From the IMG/VR virus record IMGVR_UViG_3300038603_000024, positions 1-64,000 of that record: DNA of 64,000 nt. One strand, given 5' to 3'. The stretch is from a virus. Its lineage: Duplodnaviria > Heunggongvirae > Uroviricota > Caudoviricetes. The notes below the pieces were generated by a model. It saw only the letters and a program-made list of their open reading frames with translations, searched no databases and had not been told where the DNA came from. Within the stretch, counting starts at the first letter, position 1. Each line of letters begins with the position of its first letter. Positions 17,686 to 27,778 of this stretch are shown here, one piece after another. The position numbers and the translations under genes were made by a program.

Positions 17686-17810
17686 TATTTTTTCTTCTTC
17701 ATCTTTGGCTTGGCTTTGATCGGGCCTTTGCCTTTGACTGCCGGGGTCTTGCGCTTGACCGGCTTGGTGGTGGATTTGCGGTACTGAACGCGCGGGGTCT
17801 GGGTTGCCAT
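17685..17810 (-). CDS. Lysine-rich basic miniprotein C (41 aa, MATQTPRVQYRKSTTKPVKRKTPAVKGKGPIKAKPKMKKKK).
   Basis: Hand-translated. It fills exactly the gap between B and D. Confidence 0.4.
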   Translation of the reverse strand: MATQTPRVQYRKSTTKPVKRKTPAVKGKGPIKAKPKMKKKK

Positions 17811-17811
17811 G

Positions 17812-17985
17812 TTACTTCTTCCTTCTCTTGCGCTTTGCGCCTGCCTCGCTTAGTGCGATGGCCTTGGCCTGCTTTGCGCTTGTGACCTTTCGGCCTGAAC
17901 TGGATTTAAGGGTGCCGCTTTTGTACTCGCGCAGCACCTTGCTGACTTTAGCAGACTTGGCGGCTTTTGTCCTTGGCTTGGGCAT
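17812..17985 (-). CDS. Lysine-rich basic miniprotein D (57 aa, MPKPRTKAAKSAKVSK...AKRKRRKK).
   Basis: ORF in the track. I took the internal start, which has an AAAGGTGA ribosome-binding site. Confidence 0.45.
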   Translation of the reverse strand: MPKPRTKAAKSAKVSKVLREYKSGTLKSSSGRKVTSAKQAKAIALSEAGAKRKRRKK

Positions 17986-18035
17986 TATTTCACCTTTCTG
18001 GCGTTGGGGGCGCATTGGCACCATTTGTATTTAAC

Positions 18036-18893
18036 TCATATGTATGACTTTATTTTAACTCTATAGTTCAACAGGGTTGCACTTGATGTGAAACCTCCAT
18101 TTGTAGACGAACTGAATACATCTCCAACCTTTACGTCAAACAAGTATCGCTCGTTACTTCCTTGAATGAAGTTCCCTAATTCTTGCTTCAGCGCGTGGTT
18201 CTTGGTCGTACCATTTATTAGCACCCCGTTTAGAGTGTCTTGGCAGCTAACATTGCTATACGTCCCATCTGTATTTTGCGGGTCTACCCTGAATTGCGTT
18301 GTTACCTCAACTTGACCATTAAAATTGAACGTCAAGTCTCCGGACGACTGCGTAATAAGCCCAGTGAAGTCTGTGCTAGTTATTGAAAGGTTTATATCTG
18401 TTGAGTCTGTGTTTACGGATGAAGTTAAGTCTGCAGATGTAATATACTCAACGCGGCTGCGAACAGACCACGCCGCAACGGTTTGGGAGTTTACGACATC
18501 CTTGTATACGGCGAAGGTGATAGACTTATTCGGCTTGATCCTGATAGTAGATAGCCCCTGAAAAAATGAGCCGCCGCCGGATATTGATACGACAATATCA
18601 TTATCTGAGTTGCCGCTTGATGACAGGAAATCAGACAGGTTAGCGACCCTGACCTCTTTAACCACACCGTTCTCTGGCACATCAGATGGGTCTGGCAGAG
18701 TCAGTGAGAAATCGCCGGTCCCCGTCCCAGTGTCTATTGCAAGCTCTCTCGGCAAGCTGCTTCCGGAGAGAGCAGTATTGGTCCCGGTATTTATATACTG
18801 GAGATCGTGGTATCCAGACGATATAAGCTTCCCGTTTCCATCTATCTTAAAGTGGTTTTCGTGGACTCTATCGTCGTGCAAGTGGGTAGGCAT
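18036..18893 (-). CDS. Tail or fiber-associated structural protein (285 aa, Ser/Thr/Gly-rich).
   Basis: Composition and position at the distal end of the tail gene block. Confidence 0.4.
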   Translation of the reverse strand: MPTHLHDDRVHENHFKIDGNGKLISSGYHDLQYINTGTNTALSGSSLPRELAIDTGTGTGDFSLTLPDPSDVPENGVVKEVRVANLSDFLSSSGNSDNDIVVSISGGGSFFQGLSTIRIKPNKSITFAVYKDVVNSQTVAAWSVRSRVEYITSADLTSSVNTDSTDINLSITSTDFTGLITQSSGDLTFNFNGQVEVTTQFRVDPQNTDGTYSNVSCQDTLNGVLINGTTKNHALKQELGNFIQGSNERYLFDVKVGDVFSSSTNGGFTSSATLLNYRVKIKSYI

Positions 18894-21800
18894 TATGTCA
18901 CCTGTGTTGTTATAAGGGTTCCGTCAGTGCCAACGCTGAGACGCCAGCGTGTATTGTCTGAGGCAACTAGAACAAGCTCTTCGCCCAAGTTTACCGAATC
19001 GCCTTGGCTGTTTTCTGCCCTCAAAGCCACGTCAAAGGCCAGCACGGTCTCATGCGTGTAGGTGGTGCTAAACAGACCAAACTGCGGCAGGGTCGCGTGG
19101 TCTTCTAAGTTTTGCACCACGCTTGGGATTGGCTCAAAGTCTTCATAGTTGAAGAACCTCGCATTCTCATCCGCAACGGAGATATGACCGCCCAGCCCCG
19201 CGCCAAAGTAGGTTTCATATGTCCGGTTGGTGTCGATCTCCGCCCGGTCGCCAGAGATGAACAAGTTGCCATTGCTCCCCGGCTTGAAAGCGAAGACCTG
19301 CCATCCGTCAACATTGGTTCCCTCAATCTCCACCTGCCGGGTTGTTCCTGTGGTTGCGGGAACTGTGCGGGTTTCGGTGTAGCTCAGAATAACCTGAATG
19401 TCGTTGATGGTAGCCACCCCCCCGTTCACTCGCTCTGTGACGCTTACGCGGATCTCATGCTGCCCGTCTCCATTACGGTTCGGGTAGTATCGCGCCTCAA
19501 CAAACGCCTGCTCACTGCCGTCATTAAGGGTGAAGTTTGCGAAGGTCTCAACCGGTCCACCCACTCCAGTAAGCGTTGCCTGCCCTGCGCCGAACAGGTT
19601 CCCGTTGGCGTGGCCGCGATAGTCAATCGTCACCGTTGTTGATGCCGTCGGAATGTTACGGGTGAAGAACAGCTCATCCGCTTCTGGGACAGGAATGCCA
19701 TTCTGGAAAGTCAGCGTCGGGATCGTCTGCCAAATACCAGGGCCAGAGACTTGAGTCGCAGGCGCAGGATAGATGGTGTCAGTGATGGTGCTTGCTGGTT
19801 GTCCCGGAACTCGAACATTGACCGAGTAAGAGCCATTGACATAGCTGATCAGGTCTCGCCCAGTGGTGCCATCAAATGCTGTGACATAGCTCGCTTGGTT
19901 GGCGGGTTGTCCCGGCGGGATGTACAACAGCTTGCGCCGGACTTGATCTCCTGAAAGCTCAGACAGTGGCCGCGAGTTCTTTAAGCCGCCGCTTCCCGCG
20001 TTTTCATTCGGCTCATAGAACACTGATTGCGTTGTGCTGGTGGATCCGGAAATCTGGTTGTTATAGGTGGTCGGGTTGACTGTTGGGGTGCTTTCCTCAG
20101 TGACGCTGGTGTTGTTGTCCAGAACATCAATAACGGCATCTGGCAAGCTCAGCGCGGCGTGTTCCAGCTCTGCGTCAATCCGGTCAAGCGCCTCCTGATG
20201 GTTTGCAAGCTCATTGGTCCATGCACCCACCTGTTCAACCGTGGTGCGCTCCACCTCAAACACATGGCCAGAAGTGAGGCCCGTCAGCAGGTAGACGAAG
20301 TAGGTAACGCCGCCCTCTGTGAAGCTCTCGATCACGTCAACACCAAGCTGGCCCTGCATCAACGGAGTGACCGTATCAGCCGTGACGTTCTTCAAGACGT
20401 ACAGGTGCGGCTGAGCAGTTGCAACGAACATTCCGGTGTTGTTGTTTGTGAACTGCGGGTTGTTCGCCGGAACCTGAGTAAAGTCGCTAAGCTGGGTCGG
20501 GTAAGCCCCGGTGCCGTCATAAGTCGCGAACCGCGCGCTTGGGTCAGGCTCGGAGTGAGTGACGCTGATGATCGGCTCCAAGCGGTCCTCAATCTCAGCA
20601 TATGTCACGCCTTGATCGGGGATGGCTCGGTTTAGCTTCTCTTGCACAGATGCAGAGAGGCGCTCCTCTGGCAGGTTTTGCACGTTCTGCGTGACGTCAA
20701 CGGTGCTGGGGTCAAGCTGGAAGTGCTGCTGGACCTCAGTCAACCACACCTCAATCGTCGCTAGGAACGGGTAGTTGATCGATTGGGCGCGCTGATAATG
20801 GCGATAGGTGCTGTTTGTGAACGTCGCATCGTCAACAAACGTGAAGTCATTGGCAAGGTTCCAACGCTCTACAATGGCGCCGTCAGTATCCCGCAGAATG
20901 ACGTCAATCGTGCTTTCCGGGTGGCCGGTGATGAAGTTCGGCGAAACGCCAACGGTCATGTAGCTGTTGAACAGGTTATGACCAAGTTGAAAGCGCAGTT
21001 GTGCGTCTCTGTTTTCACGCCCGCCGACATAGCGGTAATTATCGCCTGCGCGTGGGTTGTTTGGATCGGTCGATGGTGTGATGAATGGGGCGGTCGTAAG
21101 TGGGTTCTCAGACAGCCATACAACGCCCTCAGAACCAAGTTGAGAAATCAGGCCCGCATCAACCCGGTTGTCGATCTCTGTGATTTCTTCATGGAAGTTG
21201 GAGGCCGCGCGGCTGGTGCGCTCAAAGCCCGTCCGCTCCCAAACAAACCAGTTGTCGCCGTCCGTCCAGCTCGTGAATGCATCGGCATCCCAGACCACGT
21301 AGTCGCCATCATTGATAACGCGGTCACTCACGCCAGCGTCAAGCAGGCCCTGCCGCAGGGTTCCATCGTTCGGGTTGGACCCGGCAACGCGGAACGCATA
21401 GCCTTTCAGTACCTCCCCGGCACCCGGCAGAAGCGATCCGTCCGCGTTATTCCAAGTGCGAGTTTGCAGAACCACCTCGCCAAAGGTGGCAACCGGATCT
21501 GTTGCCTGCTGGACAGAGATCCGCTCAATAGGTTGGATAGACCCACCAATGCGCTCAACCCTATAGGTTACAGACATGCCCTGCCCAAGCGTGGTGGGGA
21601 ACGCCCCCTCAGCGAAACCGACACTCACATTTGGCGCGGTGATTGTCAGTCGGTTGCGGGTGATGAACGTGCTGCTACCGCCGTTGTACTCAATCGTGCG
21701 AGTAAGAACCTCAGCAAGTCCACGGGCCGCAAGATCATCAAACGCCAGCGCCAGCTCTGTTGGGTTAGGGAACTCAAATGTGTAACGCCCATTTGGTTGT

Positions 21801-22249
21801 CCGCGCGCGCCAGACAGAGTTAGGCTTTGCCTACCTCCATACCAGATGTCTTGGTTTCCGCCGGGAACAACGTAGTTAGGAAAGAAGCTGCCGGTAAACG
21901 TGACAGGTTCAGAACCAAGTCCGGTGCCGTCAACGAGATCCAACGCTTCACGAACGGTATCCACAGAGGCGGCGCTAAAGATCCCCCGTGCATTGGCGTT
22001 GTCATACGAAACCATTGCGGCTGACACTGTACCAGGGGTGCCACCGTCTAGCTGGAAGCCATCAATAACAGCCGCCATCGCCTGTACTGATGCGCCAGAG
22101 GACAGACTCGCCAATGTTCCGGTAAGTGAGCCAGTGTCCAGCTGTATTTCGTCTGCATATCCTAACGTACCACTAGAGGACGTAAGCGTTACGGGAATAG
22201 AGCGATCAACCATGGAACACCTCGTAGTCGATAGGGGCTGTGCGCCCAT
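18893..22249 (-). CDS. Large tail protein (1118 aa), a host-specificity or fiber-type protein.
   Basis: Size and position. No catalytic motif recognised. Confidence 0.45.
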   Translation of the reverse strand: MGAQPLSTTRCSMVDRSIPVTLTSSSGTLGYADEIQLDTGSLTGTLASLSSGASVQAMAAVIDGFQLDGGTPGTVSAAMVSYDNANARGIFSAASVDTVREALDLVDGTGLGSEPVTFTGSFFPNYVVPGGNQDIWYGGRQSLTLSGARGQPNGRYTFEFPNPTELALAFDDLAARGLAEVLTRTIEYNGGSSTFITRNRLTITAPNVSVGFAEGAFPTTLGQGMSVTYRVERIGGSIQPIERISVQQATDPVATFGEVVLQTRTWNNADGSLLPGAGEVLKGYAFRVAGSNPNDGTLRQGLLDAGVSDRVINDGDYVVWDADAFTSWTDGDNWFVWERTGFERTSRAASNFHEEITEIDNRVDAGLISQLGSEGVVWLSENPLTTAPFITPSTDPNNPRAGDNYRYVGGRENRDAQLRFQLGHNLFNSYMTVGVSPNFITGHPESTIDVILRDTDGAIVERWNLANDFTFVDDATFTNSTYRHYQRAQSINYPFLATIEVWLTEVQQHFQLDPSTVDVTQNVQNLPEERLSASVQEKLNRAIPDQGVTYAEIEDRLEPIISVTHSEPDPSARFATYDGTGAYPTQLSDFTQVPANNPQFTNNNTGMFVATAQPHLYVLKNVTADTVTPLMQGQLGVDVIESFTEGGVTYFVYLLTGLTSGHVFEVERTTVEQVGAWTNELANHQEALDRIDAELEHAALSLPDAVIDVLDNNTSVTEESTPTVNPTTYNNQISGSTSTTQSVFYEPNENAGSGGLKNSRPLSELSGDQVRRKLLYIPPGQPANQASYVTAFDGTTGRDLISYVNGSYSVNVRVPGQPASTITDTIYPAPATQVSGPGIWQTIPTLTFQNGIPVPEADELFFTRNIPTASTTVTIDYRGHANGNLFGAGQATLTGVGGPVETFANFTLNDGSEQAFVEARYYPNRNGDGQHEIRVSVTERVNGGVATINDIQVILSYTETRTVPATTGTTRQVEIEGTNVDGWQVFAFKPGSNGNLFISGDRAEIDTNRTYETYFGAGLGGHISVADENARFFNYEDFEPIPSVVQNLEDHATLPQFGLFSTTYTHETVLAFDVALRAENSQGDSVNLGEELVLVASDNTRWRLSVGTDGTLITTQVT

Positions 22250-22718
22250 TGTTGGTTTGCATTAGCAAGTTGTATAGCTGCCCGTTGATTGTTCTGGCGC
22301 TATTGGTGCGCTGGAATGTGTCTAGGATTGGGATTCCCAAGGTCTTCTCCGTTATCCTCGTGATTGGCCTATCGGCTGGCTCTAGAATCCCTAGGATCTC
22401 AGTGGCTGGAAAGTTGACAGAAATCTCATAGCTTGACCCCGGCTGTTGGACATCAACGCTTGTCAGGTTGGCTAGGTCCACTGTCGCAAAGTCATTTGTC
22501 GCCCGGATGGCGTAGTATGCCAGCTCGTCGGGCTGCGTAGTCCTGATCTGGGTTGTTAGGGTGTTAGACATGATCGTTTGCCCGCCAGATGTTGTGCCGC
22601 GAATCTGGAACGTCACCTGACCGTCAGAGCTTGTATCAATGCCCGTCAGAGCGATCTGGACTGTATGCGTCCCGTCAGATGATGGCACAGTGATTATCTT
22701 GTCATCACCACCTGTCAC
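22206..22718 (-). CDS. Virion structural protein (170 aa).
   Basis: Sits within the contiguous leftward structural operon. Confidence 0.35.
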   Translation of the reverse strand: MTGGDDKIITVPSSDGTHTVQIALTGIDTSSDGQVTFQIRGTTSGGQTIMSNTLTTQIRTTQPDELAYYAIRATNDFATVDLANLTSVDVQQPGSSYEISVNFPATEILGILEPADRPITRITEKTLGIPILDTFQRTNSARTINGQLYNLLMQTNNGRTAPIDYEVFHG

Positions 22719-22834
22719 GACAAGGTTCAGCGCTGTAATCTGGTCTGTCGCCTGAGTGGTAAATGTGAACTGCGCATTCTCATTCAGGTTTGTGCCTGTC
22801 TCGACGCGGGATGGAACTGTGGAACTCAGCCCGC

Positions 22835-24028
22835 TTACGCCCGGATCTGGAGTGACGGGGGTGTAACGCCAGTCACGTTCAGATTGATAACCCCGTTGGT
22901 GTCGTCGTACTGAACAGTCAGGCCGTTGTGTGTGCCTCCAGTGAGCATAGCCGCGACAAGATCTTGGGTTTCCTCATCGGTTGGCAGGTCAGCCTCTGTC
23001 AGAATACGCTCATCAACAACAGTCCAGAACCGCGTCCCAAAGTACGGAACATTCTGACCCACAATAGTGAAGCCAAGTGGGTCTGCGTCTACATCTGTTT
23101 GCGTTGTGACCGAGCCAAGGATTGTGAACGGCGTTGCGTCTGGTGACAGGAGGCGAACATAAAGCTCCTGCCCTGTATCCTGAAACGCTGGCTCCAGAGA
23201 TGTATCTAGAACAAAGTCAGACGTTCCGGGGTCACCAGTCAAGTCAAATACATCACCGTCTGCAATCTGTGCTGGCGTGTGGCTTCGATAGATCACTCGT
23301 GCGTTAGCGTCTGTGCCGCCGTGAATCTGGATGTAGAATTTCCCGTTTGTCCCGCGCGTCACCCAATTATCAATGATTGCCTTAGTGATGTTGGTGAAGT
23401 TAAAGGCAAGCTCTGTGGTCGTATGCGTGGTGTCAGTTCGGCTTTGGAAAACAATCGGGCCTTGACGCGCTGTCGCAAGTTCAATCGAGAATGTGCCAGT
23501 GCCTGCTGCTGTAAGTGGCCTACTGCCAATAAGGGCATAGACCTGATTGAACATGTCATAGGCGATAAACCGCCCCTGAGACGCAGAAATCCTCAGGTTA
23601 AGGAAGTTCAGGGAGTTGTCAGGAATACCAAGAGACTTGGCGCTTTCGATAAGGTCAGAAACCTCACGCATAGAGGACGCAACAAGAGCGCCCCCCTGAA
23701 CCATTGGAATAGTCCCGTCAGGAACTCCGGGAATATTTGCCATCCCGTCACGGCCTGCAACGCCAAGCGCAGAGCTATTATCCAGCCAAGATGTGCCCGC
23801 TGAGTTTCGCACTTGATACTGTGCCACAGCATTCCCGCCATCTGTGTATTGCAGGATGATGTTGAGGCTGGTGTCGTTATTGTAGAATGTCAGGTTAGAG
23901 GGATTTGCAGAAAAATAAGAATCACGCGCACTTTCTGCCGCCGCGCGATCTGCTCCCTCAAAACGGTTCTGCGCAGGGCCTAGTGTAAAGCCGCCTCCGC
24001 CACCGCCAATCAATCCAGGATATGGCAT
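22835..24028 (-). CDS. Tail protein with a poly-Gly N-terminal linker (397 aa).
   Basis: N-terminus MPYPGLIGGGGGGF. Structural-gene context. Confidence 0.4.
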   Translation of the reverse strand: MPYPGLIGGGGGGFTLGPAQNRFEGADRAAAESARDSYFSANPSNLTFYNNDTSLNIILQYTDGGNAVAQYQVRNSAGTSWLDNSSALGVAGRDGMANIPGVPDGTIPMVQGGALVASSMREVSDLIESAKSLGIPDNSLNFLNLRISASQGRFIAYDMFNQVYALIGSRPLTAAGTGTFSIELATARQGPIVFQSRTDTTHTTTELAFNFTNITKAIIDNWVTRGTNGKFYIQIHGGTDANARVIYRSHTPAQIADGDVFDLTGDPGTSDFVLDTSLEPAFQDTGQELYVRLLSPDATPFTILGSVTTQTDVDADPLGFTIVGQNVPYFGTRFWTVVDERILTEADLPTDEETQDLVAAMLTGGTHNGLTVQYDDTNGVINLNVTGVTPPSLQIRA

Positions 24029-24474
24029 TAGCTGATAGACCTCCAGTGATCCGCAACCATGAACGTGACGCCTGTAACGCCGTTCAGGATGATGCGACTA
24101 TACTTGGCTTGGCTATTGAACGAGGGTGGGGTGTAGGTTGCCACTGCGTTAGGGGAGCCAGTCGTTGCGGAGATGATTGTATTGGCTTGGATGATGTGAG
24201 AATTTGTCTCAGATGGCATCAGCCAAAGATTTTCATATGGCCCAGCCTCAACAGTAACCGTGCCAGCAGTGGGTGTGGCTGGTACTGGATTGTCTGCCGT
24301 GCCAGAGAAAAACTGAATGAAAACATTGCCTATGTTGTAGTTCATAGACATTTCTTCAGTGAAGAACGTACCGTCAGCGACTGGAATTAGAACGCCGCCA
24401 TCGGTTGTGATAGCTGTATTGCCATCGGTTCTTTGGAATTGATAGCGCGTGGCGCGCCCTACAACGGAGGTCAT
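24028..24474 (-). CDS. Virion structural protein (148 aa).
   Basis: Coupled to the upstream gene. Confidence 0.35.
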   Translation of the reverse strand: MTSVVGRATRYQFQRTDGNTAITTDGGVLIPVADGTFFTEEMSMNYNIGNVFIQFFSGTADNPVPATPTAGTVTVEAGPYENLWLMPSETNSHIIQANTIISATTGSPNAVATYTPPSFNSQAKYSRIILNGVTGVTFMVADHWRSIS

Positions 24475-24583
24475 TACTTGTCCCTTTCCAATTACAAACG
24501 CGCGTAATTAAAGAAAAGGACGCCCCTCCCGCGAATATAACATGCATCACGGAATGGGGCAATAGTGCAAGCTGGATGGCAGG

Positions 24584-27259
24584 TTAGCCCCTGTCGTTTG
24601 TCTTCATCCCGACCACCATAGCGGCGACGTGAACCGGGTAAGGTGCCTGCGCCTGAATGCAGACGCGAGAGTCTGTGCGCCAGTCTCCGTTGAATTGCTG
24701 CATATCAACATCGTACTCTGACAAAACCGCGCCATCAGGAATGATCTGCCCGTCAGCGCCGAACCTATTCAGGCCGGTTAGATTGTTAGCGTCCCTGCCA
24801 ATGCGAACCCCATCAGGTGCCGTATCCACCATAAACAGGCCAAGGTGATCAACCTTCTTATACTGGTTCAGCGGAGTGCCAAGCGCTGCCCCGTATGCCA
24901 GTTTGGTGGACTTCCAGTTGCCGGTATAAGGTAGTCCAACTGTGACCTCGCTATATGGCGTGGTGTTGGGGATTGCCCCGCCTGATACAGTTGCCATATT
25001 GCTTTGATCGTGGATAGCCTGTCCGTCAGCCCAGACAATGACCTGTTGGCCTTCAAGGTGGTCCAGCCCGTCAATCGTGGCGCTAGGAGTGTCGTTGCTG
25101 ATGTGCACAAAGCTGTCAGCCATCCGGTTCAGTGTGCCGCCGTTTGCGTTTGTGCTTCTGGCTAGGCGCTGGAACTCATACACTGTGTCATTGTTGAACG
25201 TGCGAGCAACGGACAGGTAGACTTCATCCTCAATAGTGGATGGCAGGACTTCCACGTCCTCAATAACCCCGTTGGTAGTCACGCGAGACCACGCTACGAC
25301 ATTCTCTGTCGGCTCATATGTCAGAACCCGTGCGGTGCCATCATTGAGGACAAACCAGATACGGGTATCGGGCTGTCGCTGAACCGCGATAGACCTAATC
25401 CCTGGCTCGCAAACGCGGGTGTGTAGCTCTGTCAGATCTCTAGACGCATAGTCAACCACGCCGCTTTCTAGGGCTAGTTCAAAGACACGGGAGCCGGAAC
25501 GCTGGACAAATACCGCGTTCTTGTCGATCTCAACAGGTGCGATATTGGCGCAGCCGCGAGTAGATGCTTTACGAGGCACGAATGCGTTAGCGGTCAGAGG
25601 CTCATCAAACGAACTGGCTCGGATAGAGATTTCCGAAATGTCCGTTCCGACAACAAGGCGCTGTAGGGATTGAAGCCAGACGATACCGCGCGCAGTCTCA
25701 GCGTTGACAGTCCTAACCACTGGCCCGGAATCCCCGACCTGCGTGTCATCAAAGCTAAAGAACCTATCACTGATAGAGCCAAAAACAGTATCACCGCGAC
25801 CCCACCAGATCCTCCCATCATGAAATGCAACAGTGTTAGGCCATCCAAAACGAGCAGACCACTCCCCCCTATCCCACTGAGTAGTTGGGTTTGTGCTGCC
25901 GAAGAACTGCAAAACCTCCATAGTGGCAGAGGTTGGAGACAAAACGCGAAGAATGCGGCAAACCCCAGTTGTAGACCCGCCAGCATATCGCAACTCAACT
26001 GTTGCTGTCCCCGCCGTGTAGGCAGACACGTTAAGCCTGAAGAAAACAATCTGGTTGTCTAGGTTGTTGGTAATGCTCGCAGTTTCCGTGCCAGTGAATG
26101 TGCGCTGCGTGGTCCAGCTCCCCGGCTCAGCGATGGAACTTTCCAAATCAATGGTTCCGTTCCAGTCTTGCGACGTGTTTACGACAACGGTGAAAGTTCT
26201 GGACGTTGACCCTACACCAGTAACCCTAATGTTTTCAGTAGTTTGATTCGCACCTGAAAATGTGGATGAGACATTTTGCTCATTGTGAATAAGGCGAAGC
26301 AAAGACCCAATGTCAGAGTTGTCAAACAGTGGCCTTGATGCAGTCAGTGTGCCGTTGCCATCCGTAACTGAAGGCTGGATTGTGGTTGTTGTTGGATCTT
26401 CCACCCGGAATGGACCGTCATCAACCTGATACCTAACAACAGACCAGGAGGTATCGCCCCTCCGTTCAATCTGCCGCTGCTGAAGCCCGTCAATCCCAAG
26501 GAAGAGAATATCCCTGCTTTGGTCGTGGCTAATCCCCCTGAGATTTTCAGAGGTCCACGGCTGAGAGATAGAGAGAACACCTGCTGGCGAAACTTCGCAG
26601 GACGATAGAACAACAGTCCTGTTTTCAGGTGTTAGTAGGTCAATCCAAAAGCTGGAGGCCCCTGGTACAAATGCAATGCTGTGCTGTCCGGGTCTCAAAA
26701 CCTGACTGCTGATAAGATCGGTCCCGCCCGCTGTAGTGCCTACGTTCAGAGTTACGAGGCCACGGTTTACGACAATATCAAGCCCATGCTCTGTCTGTTG
26801 ATCTCCTACCGAAACGGAGACCTGCTGCCGTGCTACAGCCTCGCTTGCAGGTGCGCCCTCAAGGACAAGATTCCCAGCGTCAACTCCCGCAGTTGCCGTG
26901 CCAGTGCTTTGATTCGACCAGCCAGTAAATGAGTTGAAATCCCCATTCTGAACCTGTGTCGCAACAGACTCCCTGCGGACAAGCCGCCCGTTCTGCATAA
27001 CGCGCAGTTGTCCATCGCTGAGCGCGAGCATATACCGCGTGTCACTATCCACAACAAATGGAATCATAACGGTATTGGCAAGAGAGTCGTCCAGCCTTTC
27101 AAGCCCCGGCCTAAAACTCATTTGCCCAATAACTTCCGGGAACAAGTTTTCCATCCGCTCCGCTGCGAATTGAAGCCTTTGCAGATCAAATCTGGCTAGG
27201 GCTGACGGTCCGACCTCGCCGCCGTTAAGGCTGTATACTGGAGCATTTTGTCTCGGCAT
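24584..27259 (-). CDS. Large tail protein (891 aa).
   Basis: Size and context. No motif recognised. Confidence 0.4.
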   Translation of the reverse strand: MPRQNAPVYSLNGGEVGPSALARFDLQRLQFAAERMENLFPEVIGQMSFRPGLERLDDSLANTVMIPFVVDSDTRYMLALSDGQLRVMQNGRLVRRESVATQVQNGDFNSFTGWSNQSTGTATAGVDAGNLVLEGAPASEAVARQQVSVSVGDQQTEHGLDIVVNRGLVTLNVGTTAGGTDLISSQVLRPGQHSIAFVPGASSFWIDLLTPENRTVVLSSCEVSPAGVLSISQPWTSENLRGISHDQSRDILFLGIDGLQQRQIERRGDTSWSVVRYQVDDGPFRVEDPTTTTIQPSVTDGNGTLTASRPLFDNSDIGSLLRLIHNEQNVSSTFSGANQTTENIRVTGVGSTSRTFTVVVNTSQDWNGTIDLESSIAEPGSWTTQRTFTGTETASITNNLDNQIVFFRLNVSAYTAGTATVELRYAGGSTTGVCRILRVLSPTSATMEVLQFFGSTNPTTQWDRGEWSARFGWPNTVAFHDGRIWWGRGDTVFGSISDRFFSFDDTQVGDSGPVVRTVNAETARGIVWLQSLQRLVVGTDISEISIRASSFDEPLTANAFVPRKASTRGCANIAPVEIDKNAVFVQRSGSRVFELALESGVVDYASRDLTELHTRVCEPGIRSIAVQRQPDTRIWFVLNDGTARVLTYEPTENVVAWSRVTTNGVIEDVEVLPSTIEDEVYLSVARTFNNDTVYEFQRLARSTNANGGTLNRMADSFVHISNDTPSATIDGLDHLEGQQVIVWADGQAIHDQSNMATVSGGAIPNTTPYSEVTVGLPYTGNWKSTKLAYGAALGTPLNQYKKVDHLGLFMVDTAPDGVRIGRDANNLTGLNRFGADGQIIPDGAVLSEYDVDMQQFNGDWRTDSRVCIQAQAPYPVHVAAMVVGMKTNDRG

Positions 27260-27277
27260 ATTACCTTTGACCTTTTG

Positions 27278-27772
27278 TTAGAAGTTGTTGGCAAACTCAA
27301 TTACAGCTTCTGGGCATTCAGGCCAGTTTGCATCGTCATAAACGTCTGCGCCCTGCTCAGCCAGATTGTGCCACGTCTGACGCATGGAGGCGATCCAGAG
27401 AAGACCCTGAGTGTACAACCCCTTACCTGTGTCATCCAGCAGCCCAGCGGCAACCGCAGCAGCCATGTTGAGCTGTTTCGTGGTGCTTGCGACTGCGAGA
27501 ATACGGCGCTTACATTCCCTCTGCGCTTCGTCCGTGCGCTCCTCTAGCGGGATGTCGTATTCAATCCACTCTAGAGCGCCATCAACCGGCGTGTCTGAAA
27601 GCCTGTAGCGTTTGCCGGGTTTTGCCTCTGGCTGGTCTGGCACCGCAACAGGTGTCATCCCGTATTCAGCGCGCAGTTCATCAGTCAGCAACTTTGGAAA
27701 GCTAACCGTTGGATTGTCCGTGCGCAGGTCACGGTCTGTGTATGGATATTTGTCGCCGTTCTGGTATGTCAT
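27278..27772 (-). CDS. Tail-associated protein (164 aa).
   Basis: Context only. Confidence 0.3.
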   Translation of the reverse strand: MTYQNGDKYPYTDRDLRTDNPTVSFPKLLTDELRAEYGMTPVAVPDQPEAKPGKRYRLSDTPVDGALEWIEYDIPLEERTDEAQRECKRRILAVASTTKQLNMAAAVAAGLLDDTGKGLYTQGLLWIASMRQTWHNLAEQGADVYDDANWPECPEAVIEFANNF

Positions 27773-27778
27773 TGTGTT

